From the NCBI RefSeq assembly GCF_000981445.1, contig NW_012237237.1:1-64000 (forward strand): a stretch of 64,000 bases of DNA, read 5' to 3'. Below, piece after piece: positions 44,040 through 55,000 of this stretch. A model generated the notes under the pieces. It was not told where the DNA came from. It saw nothing but the letters and a program-made list of their open reading frames with translations, and ran no database searches. The position numbers were made by a program, and so were the translations under genes. Positions within the stretch are counted from its first letter, which is position 1. The number at the start of each line of letters is the position of its first letter. The stretch is from Babesia bigemina (Eukaryota).

Positions 44040-47000
44040 ATGTCGCCCTTAACTTCCCTTCTGACTGAGTCCATCGACTGGTTGATCCAGGTTAGGTATG
44101 GGAATGGTGAAGGTGACAATGGTCTTACCAAGTTGTCTCAAGCTTTGAAAAAGTTGATTGAGGAGGCTATTAGTAACGCTACTAACTCCCTTGAAACCGA
44201 AAAATCTAAGCTTTCTTGCCCCTTCAAATACTCTGATAAGGAGACTAATTGTCAGTACTACGAGAAGCAGATTAGTGATTCTAAAAAACGTCAAAAACCT
44301 GGAGACTCCAATGAAAATAACGCTAAAAATTACAATGTAGATTTCCTTGAAAAATGTCTCGAAGATTGTAAAAAACAGCACGGCAAATATCCTGAGAACC
44401 CTGCCATGAAGGACATCCAGTCCAAGTTGGAGCAGGTTAAAAAGCTTGAAGAGAGTCTTACTGGATTGACTGAAAATGACAATTGCAAAAATCTTTTAAC
44501 AAATCTTTGCACCGGCCTCGAAAAATTCCTCGGCTTCAACTCTGAGTCCAAAGGCTACGACGGTACTGGGATTGTGTACTCTGACCTGGATAGGCTGTGT
44601 GACGGGGTGATGGCGTTTTTGAGTGGTGTGCTCAGTAACATCAAAGACCATTTAGGGCAGCATAAAGATACTTTAAATGATGCAATAAGCATACTTAACA
44701 CCAATAAACACGGCGGTAAAAAAGGTTTTAATGCTGCGATTGGAAGTGTGGTCGCAGGGGTGGGGAGGTATAATGCTAATGTAAAGTCTTCTAATGAAGC
44801 AGTGATTGAGCCGCTTAAAAAACTTCTCGACTACACCAAGAAAAATGGAGGTGAGTTGATTGCTAGCATTAATAAGATTCAGGTTGACAAACATGATCTG
44901 GATCCACAACTGGCCGACGCCGCTAGGTCCTTCGGCGACCGGCTGAAGGAGGCCACAGAGAGGAGCAAGAGGTGCGCGGAATTTCTGGACCCCAAGGCAA
45001 ATAACAACACTAAGATGAAAAAAAACATTTATGACCTTAATGATAAGTTGCGTGACAAAGTGTTGCATGTTCGTAAGCTTGTTGAGTACGAGAGCCAGCG
45101 GCTGGCCAGCGTGCACAAGCGGAAAGACGCTGAGTTGAAGGAGACGACGGAGAAGATTAGGACAAGTTTTCGCAATCTCAAGAGCTGCATAAACAAGCAG
45201 GTGGGTGACGATATAGATAAGCTTGTTAAGGGTTTGAAATTGAGGGTGCAGAAAATTTTAGACAAACTCAAGCAGATTAGCAGCGACTTGGAAAAATATA
45301 TCAACGAATTGGCGCAATGGATTACCAAAGTGGAAAGTTTTATTGGTGTAGAAATGCAGAAAGACATGAATACAATAATGGGAGAGATGGACGAAAAGGA
45401 TTCGTATAAGAAACCGTATGAAATCAATCAGGCAGCCGGCCATATCAATACAGAAGCCGGAGTGCTCCACGGTGCCGGGCAGAATGCTATTAACGCTGTG
45501 CAGGAGAAAGTGAAGGAGGCGCTTACGCAGGTGAAAGAAATGGATAGCGAGCTGAAAAAGGATTTGTATAAGGTGAGGGAAGCGATAGATGGGCAATTAG
45601 GAAAAATTAAAGATGCGATTGGATATCTCTACAATAAGGTCACTCGAACACCGGGGCCAGTGGATGAGAATAAGACTATTGAGGAAATCATGAAACACAT
45701 AAAAAAAGAAGTTGATTTCATTAAGAAGATGGTTGGGAGTGAAATGGAGGCGAATAAAAATGATTCTGGAAGTGTGGACAATAATTGGGATGCGCTTAAA
45801 AAGAAGGTTATGGATCGCCTTGGTGAGATATATGATCAGACTGGAGGTGATGGAAAGTTAAATCATCTTGGTAATATTGTTAAAGGTGTTACGACGTATA
45901 CCGCATCGTTTGGAGAAGGAGAAAGGGGATTTAAAAAAATAATTGCTGAGTGGTTGGAGGAGATACTTGGGACGGAACCCGTAAAAGGATGGATCGAAAA
46001 ATATGCAGATGACAATAAGAGTAAAGGTCATTTTAATGGCCATTTCAAAACCCAGGGCGTTTGGAAATTGCGTGCCGAAGTTACTAGGATGATTAAAGCA
46101 AAAATTAAAGAATCAATTGAGACGATCAGTTACACCGTTAAACCAGGCACCAAGACTACTGTTCACGACAATTTGTCAGACATTCGAACGTGCCTCACAG
46201 AGTTCTCTAGCGCTGTTGTACGTATAGATAAATCAATAATACAAGAAATTGAGAATTATGTCAGACTTGATAATAACTTCGTAGCGTGGGCCGATCAGGG
46301 AAGTATACATCAGAAATATCATCTCGATTTTGCAGTTCGTGCCACACTTTCAACTCTCGCGTCTATTGCCAAGCAACTATATGAGCAACTGGAAAATTTC
46401 ACCGATGACGGCAAAATCACTCTGGGCACTAGACTCAAGGCAGCCATGACTAGTGCCACCCAAATCGGAGGAGAGATTAAAACTGACGGCAAAACTCTAG
46501 GTGCCAAAATTCAAAAAGCGCTCGACAGCGCGAAAAGCACAATTAAGAAGCTTCATGAAAATTTTGACCAGGTGTTCGAAAGCAGCTCGGACGGCGGGCC
46601 GGATTTCGCCCAAGCCGTGGACACCGCGATCACGGGGGTGACTGAAGAGCTTGGTAAGCAACTACCGACGACTCTTGGTGAAAGTAAAGTTAACATTCAG
46701 ACAACCGATGAAGCTGTTTTCCAACAATATAAAAAACAAATTGACCAAGAAACCCTAGCAACATACGACCTGAATCCAGAAAACTTAAAAGGCGCCCTAC
46801 CACAGAAGATCACGGACATCAAAACGCAGGTGCAAAATGAATTGTCCGGAATTGACGGTGCTAAAGAGGCGATAGTTCACTACGCCGATGTGATAACCGA
46901 TAGGTTCCAAAAACTGTGCGCGGCAGTCAACAAGGCTTGCGAAAGCCTCAATTCGCATCTGCAGTTTTTAAAAAATACGTATTTCGAGGAGTCTAAGCGT

Positions 47001-49952
47001 GATTACAAGGATGCCCGAAACAGCATAAAACGAATCAAACATCAGCTCATCACGCTGAAAGATGAAAATCTGAAGAACGCCATAACAGAGGCCACCTACT
47101 TCCTCACCAGCGCCGATCCAACAGCCCAGGCCACAATCACGTCAATCAGAGGCGTAGTAAGCTCCAACGTCGAAGAAGCCCAGAACACTCTCATCACTCA
47201 AGTCAACAAGAACTACGTCACGTCAGTGAAAGAGATCCTGACAGAGTTCGCCGTCGCGGTTGAGAATCAGTTGGACAATCTTCCACACGCCATTAATAAC
47301 GATCTGACTACGGGTCACAAGGGCTTTATGATGAACATGGAAACTAAATTTATCACGACAGTGAAACCAATGGGAAGCATTCCGGACGAGCCATCCTCTG
47401 AAGCAGAGTCCCCGCTGAGGAAGGGGACAAATATATTAAAAACCGCATTCAGGAGCTTCCTCGACGCGTTAAAAACGCAATCGGGTTTCCCTTCCGACTT
47501 CCAAAAAATTAAGGCTTCGGATGCGGCTCTGACCAATCTGCTTACTACACTCGCTGCTTCACGACACTTCGATGACAAATTCAGTACCAATCTTGACGCC
47601 CTTGATAATGCAGTCACTGCCTTCAAGCCCTCTACCTACGGCGCAGCCAAGTGCCCCTTGCTCCTCAATGCCCTGAAGAAGGGCATGTCATCCCTAATCG
47701 AGGAACTTCAAAAATCGTACATATCAACATACTCGCAGATGACTATTGATTGGCAAACCGCCACAGCTGAGGAGCAAGACAAGTACGCGAAAATATGCTG
47801 CACCATTGCGCCCATCTTATTAACCAGGCTAAAGGAGCTCAAAACAGAGCTTGAGAAGAAAGACCAAAAATGGAAAGATTATAACATGTATAATTCCGCG
47901 CGGCCGACCAAGAGCCTTTGTCATTTATTCTTCCGAGATAACGGGTATGATGTCGGCGGTTCCCCTGAGAGCCCACATGGCGAGCTGAATCATAGGGACG
48001 ACTGCAAGGGTGGCCGTATTCTCAGTCATCTCACGGTCGGTGAACATAGGTTGTTCGTTGCTAACCAGCCATCCGACGACTTATCCACCGTAGTTGGCAA
48101 AGATGGATTTACAGTGGAAGTCGTCGACAACAGCGGCTTGATGGACAATCTTAATTCGTATCTACAATTGTACTTCGAGACGTGCCACCTCACGATTAGG
48201 CCTAAGCCACGGCATCCATGCAGCGTTTACGAGATGTCAATCTGGTTGTGCGGTCTTCAATTTAATCCAGTTTTCCAGCCACTCTTGGATCACATTAGAA
48301 CGCTATTCCTTGTACCCGAGAAGAACGACCCGTCGATTAAAAACGTAAAACCGATTGAAGCGTCGCCTTCGGATATTACTGATGCTGAGACGGTGGACGC
48401 AGTAGAACGTGTTTGCTCCGACGCATATGCTGTCATCATTACCATCCTCGGACACGGCCACGGTGAAGGTGTATACGCCTGCGACTACTCTTCAAACGCG
48501 TTCAATTTATACTACCCGTCCGTTCCATCGCAATGTCTAGATATGCTTGCTGACATATTATACCGTATTCAGTCCCAGCTGTATTTCTTGTTCGTTCAGT
48601 GCTCACGCACTTACAGAGCCGTCTCATGGCGCGACTGCTGGTACGGGCAGGGCGTAGGCGGATCCGGTTGGAATTGTAACACCAAGCAGTGCCCTAACCA
48701 AAACTGTCCCCAACTGGCTGACCAAAACGCTGGCCAACATACTGAGTGCGGCCTTAAGTCACCGCTTCAATCCTTCTTAGAGGATGGCCTTCCCGGGTTC
48801 ATGCCGCACCCACTCACGAAGGTTGGCTGTGGCGTACAGTGTTCCGTGAACCATCATAAAGGTATTCCCTGTAAGACGCCGATGGGATTCGCAGGCATTA
48901 GCACCGTGGCCTCAGTCAGTCACACGGGCGCTTATCTCGAGGAGGTGCTTAGCGATTTCTGTGGCCACCCGGATAGTCCACTTAATAAGCTTTGTGGCTA
49001 CTTCACGTGTATGTTTCCTAGGCCGCCTCAAGCACTTGGTGATATGTTTGCATTCTATTACAACTTCCTTGATGGGTGGTATGATGACAAGGGCATGGAA
49101 GGTCAGAAGCACAGGAAGAACGCATTTGATGAGGCTGTCAATAAGGCCTACTTCGAGCAGCCTTACGAGGAACTGAACGTCTATTCGATATTCGCGGATA
49201 GTGCCACGCGGATGCATGATAAGGGTTATTTATCGTGTATCGTCGGTTGCGCTAATGGATCGGCGATGACTTGCGGTAGATATATCAAACCCGTTAGCCA
49301 CTTCATGTGGGTTGTATTTTCCGCCAAAAATGCAGCGCTATATTTGTCATGGATCGTTTACCTCACTGAAACGTTCTACGACTTATTAAAGAAATTGTAT
49401 GACGATTGTTGCAACAACTGCAATAAACCGGGAACCAGATGTCATGGTAAAGTATGCGCTGCAGCGTGTGAAGTGAAGGCGACGTACACATCAGATGATG
49501 CGTCTAAAGCACTAACCGGTAAACAGCACGTTGATAACTGCAAATCTATCGCTAGATGTCCTTTCGCTCGACCGACATTGTACACGCACGGATTCACATT
49601 GAGAAGCATGTCTAACATGAGCGGCATCAACGGTAATCAAACGAAACGTACTTGCCAAGATCTATGTGAAACATTGAAAAAGCTTCTAGATGCAGACAAT
49701 GTCCTTTTCACACTTGTGTACAAAACTATCCCCGAATTTTTCTTCAAAATTCGGGAACCCTTCATCTGGCTCAATGTCGCACTTTGGTCCGCCTCATTCC
49801 TCTATCTCGTCTATGTGATGGTTGGCAGACTGGATCTACTGCACATCAAATCACACTTACGATCACCGTCATCGCACAGGATAACGGCGCAGTCATTGTT
49901 GGCTGCAGCGCAAGTCGGAAGGCTTGCCAAGATATCGTATCTACAGCCTTAA
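44040..49952 (+). CDS. ves1: ves1-like copy 6 (class-2 tail, body type B) retaining an extended N-terminal domain (ESIDWLIQV...)
   Basis: 1970-codon ORF; ESIDWLIQV..GL..L..ALKKLI resembles the VESA1 N-terminus; the true start is uncertain because the upstream leader is out of frame. Confidence 0.87.
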   Translation: MSPLTSLLTESIDWLIQVRYGNGEGDNGLTKLSQALKKLIEEAISNATNSLETEKSKLSCPFKYSDKETNCQYYEKQISDSKKRQKPGDSNENNAKNYNVDFLEKCLEDCKKQHGKYPENPAMKDIQSKLEQVKKLEESLTGLTENDNCKNLLTNLCTGLEKFLGFNSESKGYDGTGIVYSDLDRLCDGVMAFLSGVLSNIKDHLGQHKDTLNDAISILNTNKHGGKKGFNAAIGSVVAGVGRYNANVKSSNEAVIEPLKKLLDYTKKNGGELIASINKIQVDKHDLDPQLADAARSFGDRLKEATERSKRCAEFLDPKANNNTKMKKNIYDLNDKLRDKVLHVRKLVEYESQRLASVHKRKDAELKETTEKIRTSFRNLKSCINKQVGDDIDKLVKGLKLRVQKILDKLKQISSDLEKYINELAQWITKVESFIGVEMQKDMNTIMGEMDEKDSYKKPYEINQAAGHINTEAGVLHGAGQNAINAVQEKVKEALTQVKEMDSELKKDLYKVREAIDGQLGKIKDAIGYLYNKVTRTPGPVDENKTIEEIMKHIKKEVDFIKKMVGSEMEANKNDSGSVDNNWDALKKKVMDRLGEIYDQTGGDGKLNHLGNIVKGVTTYTASFGEGERGFKKIIAEWLEEILGTEPVKGWIEKYADDNKSKGHFNGHFKTQGVWKLRAEVTRMIKAKIKESIETISYTVKPGTKTTVHDNLSDIRTCLTEFSSAVVRIDKSIIQEIENYVRLDNNFVAWADQGSIHQKYHLDFAVRATLSTLASIAKQLYEQLENFTDDGKITLGTRLKAAMTSATQIGGEIKTDGKTLGAKIQKALDSAKSTIKKLHENFDQVFESSSDGGPDFAQAVDTAITGVTEELGKQLPTTLGESKVNIQTTDEAVFQQYKKQIDQETLATYDLNPENLKGALPQKITDIKTQVQNELSGIDGAKEAIVHYADVITDRFQKLCAAVNKACESLNSHLQFLKNTYFEESKRDYKDARNSIKRIKHQLITLKDENLKNAITEATYFLTSADPTAQATITSIRGVVSSNVEEAQNTLITQVNKNYVTSVKEILTEFAVAVENQLDNLPHAINNDLTTGHKGFMMNMETKFITTVKPMGSIPDEPSSEAESPLRKGTNILKTAFRSFLDALKTQSGFPSDFQKIKASDAALTNLLTTLAASRHFDDKFSTNLDALDNAVTAFKPSTYGAAKCPLLLNALKKGMSSLIEELQKSYISTYSQMTIDWQTATAEEQDKYAKICCTIAPILLTRLKELKTELEKKDQKWKDYNMYNSARPTKSLCHLFFRDNGYDVGGSPESPHGELNHRDDCKGGRILSHLTVGEHRLFVANQPSDDLSTVVGKDGFTVEVVDNSGLMDNLNSYLQLYFETCHLTIRPKPRHPCSVYEMSIWLCGLQFNPVFQPLLDHIRTLFLVPEKNDPSIKNVKPIEASPSDITDAETVDAVERVCSDAYAVIITILGHGHGEGVYACDYSSNAFNLYYPSVPSQCLDMLADILYRIQSQLYFLFVQCSRTYRAVSWRDCWYGQGVGGSGWNCNTKQCPNQNCPQLADQNAGQHTECGLKSPLQSFLEDGLPGFMPHPLTKVGCGVQCSVNHHKGIPCKTPMGFAGISTVASVSHTGAYLEEVLSDFCGHPDSPLNKLCGYFTCMFPRPPQALGDMFAFYYNFLDGWYDDKGMEGQKHRKNAFDEAVNKAYFEQPYEELNVYSIFADSATRMHDKGYLSCIVGCANGSAMTCGRYIKPVSHFMWVVFSAKNAALYLSWIVYLTETFYDLLKKLYDDCCNNCNKPGTRCHGKVCAAACEVKATYTSDDASKALTGKQHVDNCKSIARCPFARPTLYTHGFTLRSMSNMSGINGNQTKRTCQDLCETLKKLLDADNVLFTLVYKTIPEFFFKIREPFIWLNVALWSASFLYLVYVMVGRLDLLHIKSHLRSPSSHRITAQSLLAAAQVGRLAKISYLQP

Positions 49953-50100
49953 TCGTATTCACATTTGCAATTCACAGTAACTCACGTAACATCTCACCTA
50001 CTCACCTTACCGACAAACGTAGTCTAATGTCTCGAATTACTCTAGCGGAAACCTGTGAACTTGATAACGTTTAGATTAGGTGATGACTAAAAGACCAAGC

Positions 50101-51775
50101 AACGTGCTGACCAATGCCATGACCAACGTGCTGACCAATGCCATGACCAACGTGCTGACCAAAGCCATGACCAAAGTGCTGACCAATGCCATGACCAACG
50201 TGCTGACCAAGGTGCTGACCAATGCCATGACCAACGTGGTGACCAAGTTAGTAGTTACGGCAGCGATGACAGTGGTGACCAGAGTGGTGATTATTATCCA
50301 CTCTACATCGCTCCCTTATCGACTCTACATCGCCCCTTACCCACTCTACATCGCTCCTTTACCCACTCTACATCGCCCCTTTATCCACTCTACATCGCCC
50401 CTTTTCCCACTCTACATCGCTCCTTTATCCACTCTACATCGCCCCTAACCCACTCTACATCGCCCCTTTATCCACTCCACATCGCTCCTTTACCCACTCT
50501 ACATCGCTCCCTAACCTACCTTACATCGCTACCTAATCCACTCCACATCGCCCCTTTACCCACTCTACATCGCCCTTTTATCCACTCTACATCGCCCCTT
50601 TACCCACTCCACATCGCCCCTTTATCCACTCTACATCGCTCCCTAACCCACTCTACGTCGCCCCTTAACCCACTCTACATCGCTCCCTAACCCACTCTAC
50701 ATCGCCCCTTATCCACTCTACATCGCTCCTTAACCCACTCTACATCGCCCCTTTATCCACTCTACATCGCTCCTTTATCCACCCTTCATCGCTCCCTAAC
50801 CCACTCTACATCGCCCCTTAACCCACTCTACATCGCTCCTTAACCCACTCTACATCGCTCCTTTATCCACTCTACATCGCCCCTTTATCCACTCTACATC
50901 GCCCCTTAACCCACTCTACATCGCTCCCTAACCCACCTTACATCGCCCCTTAACCCACTCCTCATCGCTCCCTAACCCACTCCACATCGCCCCTTTATCC
51001 ACTCTACATCGCTCCCTAACCCACTCTACATCGCTCCCTAACCCACTCTACATCGCTCCCTTACCCACTCCACATCGCTCCCTAACCCACTCTACATCGC
51101 TCCTTTATCCACTCTACATCGCCCCTTTAACCACCTTACATCGCCCCTTATCCACTCTACATCGCTGCTATATCCACTCTACATCGCCCCTTAACCCACT
51201 CTACATCCCCCCTTATCCACTCTACATCGCTCCTTAACCCACTCTACATCGCCCCTTTATCCACTCTACATCGCTCCTTTATCCACCCTTCATCGCTCCC
51301 TAACCCACTCTACATCGCCCCTTTACCCACTCTACATCGCTCCTTAACCCACTCTACATCGCTCCCTAATCCACTCTACATCGCTCCTTTATCCACTCTC
51401 CATCGCTCCCTTAACCACTCTACATCGCCCCTTTACCCACCCTACATCGCCCCTTAACCTCCTCTACATCGCTCCCTAACCCACTCTCCATCGCCCCTTA
51501 ACCCACCCTTCATCGCTCCCTAACCCACTCTACATCGCTCCTTTACCCACTCTACATCGCTCCCTAACCCACTCCACATCGCTCCCTAACCCACTCTACA
51601 TCGCTCCCTAACCCACTCTACATCGCCCCTTAACCCACTCTACATCGCCCCTTTACCCACTCTACATCGCCCCTTATCCACTCCACATCGCTCCCTAATC
51701 CACTCTACATCGCCCCTTACCCACTCTACATCGCTCCCTAACCCACTCTACATCGCCCCTTTATCCACTCCACAT
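50101..51775. repeat. Composite spacer: 12-mer (~50101-50247), single 20-mer, 22-mer (~50298-51775)
   Basis: Tandem repeats. Confidence 0.95.
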
Positions 51776-52080
51776 ACCTTGAATCACCTCGGCATATAAC
51801 CGCTATGACCTCTATTAACCTTAGCAATAACTTGTGCCTTGTCACCCTTCACTTCCCCTCTTCCACCTCTTGCCACTGCCCTGACCATGTGCCGCCTAGG
51901 GAGCTTGACATGAAATTTGACAAAATTTAAAACCTTAAAAATGCCTAAAAAAACAACCCTACTAACATCCTTACTAACCTCTGCTCTGGCCTCGAGACCT
52001 TCCTCGGCTTCAACAAAGACTCCAAAGGCTACGACGGCCAGGGGATTGTCTACTCCGACCTTGACAGGCTGTGTGACGGG

Positions 52081-55000
52081 GTGATGGGATTTTTGAGTGG
52101 TGTTCTCAGTAACATCCAAGGCCATTTAGGGCAGCATAAAAACACTTTAGATAGTGCAATTGAGAGTCTTGAGCAAAATAAACACGGCGGTAAAAACGGT
52201 TTTAATGCTGCGATTGGAATGGTGGTCGAAGGGGTGCGGGGGTATAATGAGAGTGTTAGAAAAAGTATTTTGAATGTAAGGAAACAAATAAAAAATTTCG
52301 AAAGAGACATTAACACGCTAAAAATAAAGATGAATGACATAAATGAAAATATCGATATACGTTTTCATTCAGAAGCCGAGAAGGCAGAAAAGTCCGTCAG
52401 AAATGCGTCGTCAAATTGTCAACAGTATGCTGCGACGTTTAATGAGACTTTCAATCTGAAGACGAAAACAGAGATGAAAAATTATATTAATGATTTGAAT
52501 CATCCGCTGTCACTCAAAGTAATAAAAGCTGTAGGCTTCGTCAAAGATGAAAGTGAGAGATTCAAGAAGTTGTCAGATAAGGAAAGCAGAGACTTTGATA
52601 CTATGAAGTCTAGGATCGAGAGTGTCTGTACGGATCATGGAAAGAAGGTTAATGCGCATATATGTAATGAAGTGACTGAACTTGTCACGAAATTGCGGAT
52701 GTTGGTTAGGGCAATTTTGGATGAGCTGAAAAAAATTGAAAAAAGCTTGTTCGAGTATGTGCAGGATTTGAGTAAATGGATTGAGCAGGCAAACACTGCC
52801 GTGGAAGCGGCGTTAAAAAAAGTTGAAAAAATTATATATGAAGTAGATGACAAATCTGTATTCAACAAAGTTAAGCCTATTAAGGACGCTGCCCAAGAGC
52901 TGTACGACCGAGCATTCGAGTTATTCGATGCTGGGAACAAGGCCAACAAAGCAGCTGACGAGCACGTAAAAGCAGCGCTTGGGAAGGTGAAAGAGATGGA
53001 CGAGGCGCTAAAAGGGGATTTGTGGAAGGTGAAGGATGCTGTTGATGCGGCAATGAAGAAGTTTGTCACGGCGTATCTCAAAGAGGTTCAACTGCGAGTT
53101 GGAGTTATTAAGGGGCACATTGGAGATAAAGCGAAAGGTAAAGAAAGCGGGAACAAAAATAGCATTGATTACAATTGGGATGAGTTGAAAAAACAAATCA
53201 ATAAACTCGTTCAAAGCCTAACAAATAAGGTTGCAAGTCGAAAAGCCGGTCACCTTCATGACATTGAAAAGAAAATAAAAGAATATGAGGAAGAGTTCAG
53301 CGGACAGGTGGCATTTAACAATGTGATAGGTAGGTGGGTTGATAAGATACTGGAGCATAATATTCTGGTAAGGGAGTGTATGGAAGGATACGTTTTTGCC
53401 AATAACAAGAGCCATCTTCAGCATAAATATAAACAGGAAGCAAATGGAATATACCGTCAACTTAATGAGGTCATTAGAGATAATATTAAGAAGCATTTAC
53501 CAATCGGTCTCATTGAAAAAGCCGTCACCGCTTCCGTTGCGGCCTCTACATCAGCAAGGCGCGGTACAGAAATTGAACGGTCGGTGGAAGCTGTTCAGCG
53601 AGTTTGTTACAAATTCGCCGAGGGGCTTGAAGTACAATTATCGTCTGAAAAGATTGATGAACTATCCTCTAGTATGGTTGATGAGATCGAAAAAATTGTG
53701 TTGAATCCCGGAGCATCCTCTATCACTGCCAAATCTCATCTCAAGTTCGCAGTACAAATTACCTTGCATTCATTGTGTATTACCGCTAGACAGGTGTGCG
53801 ACAATTTGTACCAATTCACCGTATCCCTTTGCAACATAGGCGGTAACGTGCAGCAAGCGATGAATAATGCCATGTCAATCGGAAAGCAGTTTGCAGACAA
53901 AGACAGAGAAAGCCTGAGTGATGAAGATGCAGGCCCTAAAATTACTGCAGCATTGAATAAGGTGAAGCAGGATATTTCTGGACTGGAAAGTGATCTCGTA
54001 GAGGCTGTTGCCCCTACCGGTGGCGAACCCTTCGATCCTGACTCACACAGTTCCGGCGACATTCTTAAAACAAATGTTGATGCAACCGTTGCAGGCATAC
54101 TAAGTAAGAAGATCGGCAATACTCAACGTCAAGCAGGTGGCGAAAATAAAGTGGTTGTCGATAAGAAGATATTTCACGGTTATAATATACACGTCAATCA
54201 AGATGCAATTGATAAGGTAGCCGCCGGGCAGCTTACCGGCACTACCGATGAAGGCTCCCTCCCCCAGGCGATCGGTGCGATTAAGACAGAAGTAGAGAAA
54301 GCTTTGTCCTCAATTGGAGACATAAATGGCAAGGTCCAAACACAGTTCAATACATTAACATCAAATTTTCAAAACCTTTGTGAAGCTGTCATGAAAGCGG
54401 CGAGAGATGATAAGGATAACGCTAAGACAAACTTGGAGAAGTTGAAAAATACGTACTTTAAGCATTACGACAGTAAGAAGAAGGATGCAGAAGATAGCAT
54501 AAAGAAAATCAAGTATGACCTCGACACGTTGTTATCAGGTTCAGTGTATCGAGCCGTTAATTTGGGTGACAAATTCTTAAAAACTGAAGCAGATAAATTG
54601 CGCGACGAAACCACCGAAAAACTTAAACAGCAAATCGACGACGAAGTAGCGAAAGCGAAAAAGGAGCTCACAACACGAGCCCGGATAGATTACGTTTCCA
54701 CTATGAAGATGCTACTCTTGCAATATGAGGACAGGGTCGCTAAGGAACTCACTGGCATTCCGCAGGAAATTAGCGACGACCTGATTACGGGCTTCAAGGG
54801 TTTCATGGGAACGTTTGCCGGCGAAAATGGCAGAACAGTTTCCGATGTCAATATAGAGAAGCTTAAAAGTGTTGCAACAACTATGTCCTCGACTAAATAC
54901 GATCCCAAGCAATTCACAGATTTGGCCAAGCAGTTCCAGTCATTCTGGCATCCACTCAACACGTACCTCAAAAAAGAGATCAAACGAGCCCACGCAGCGA

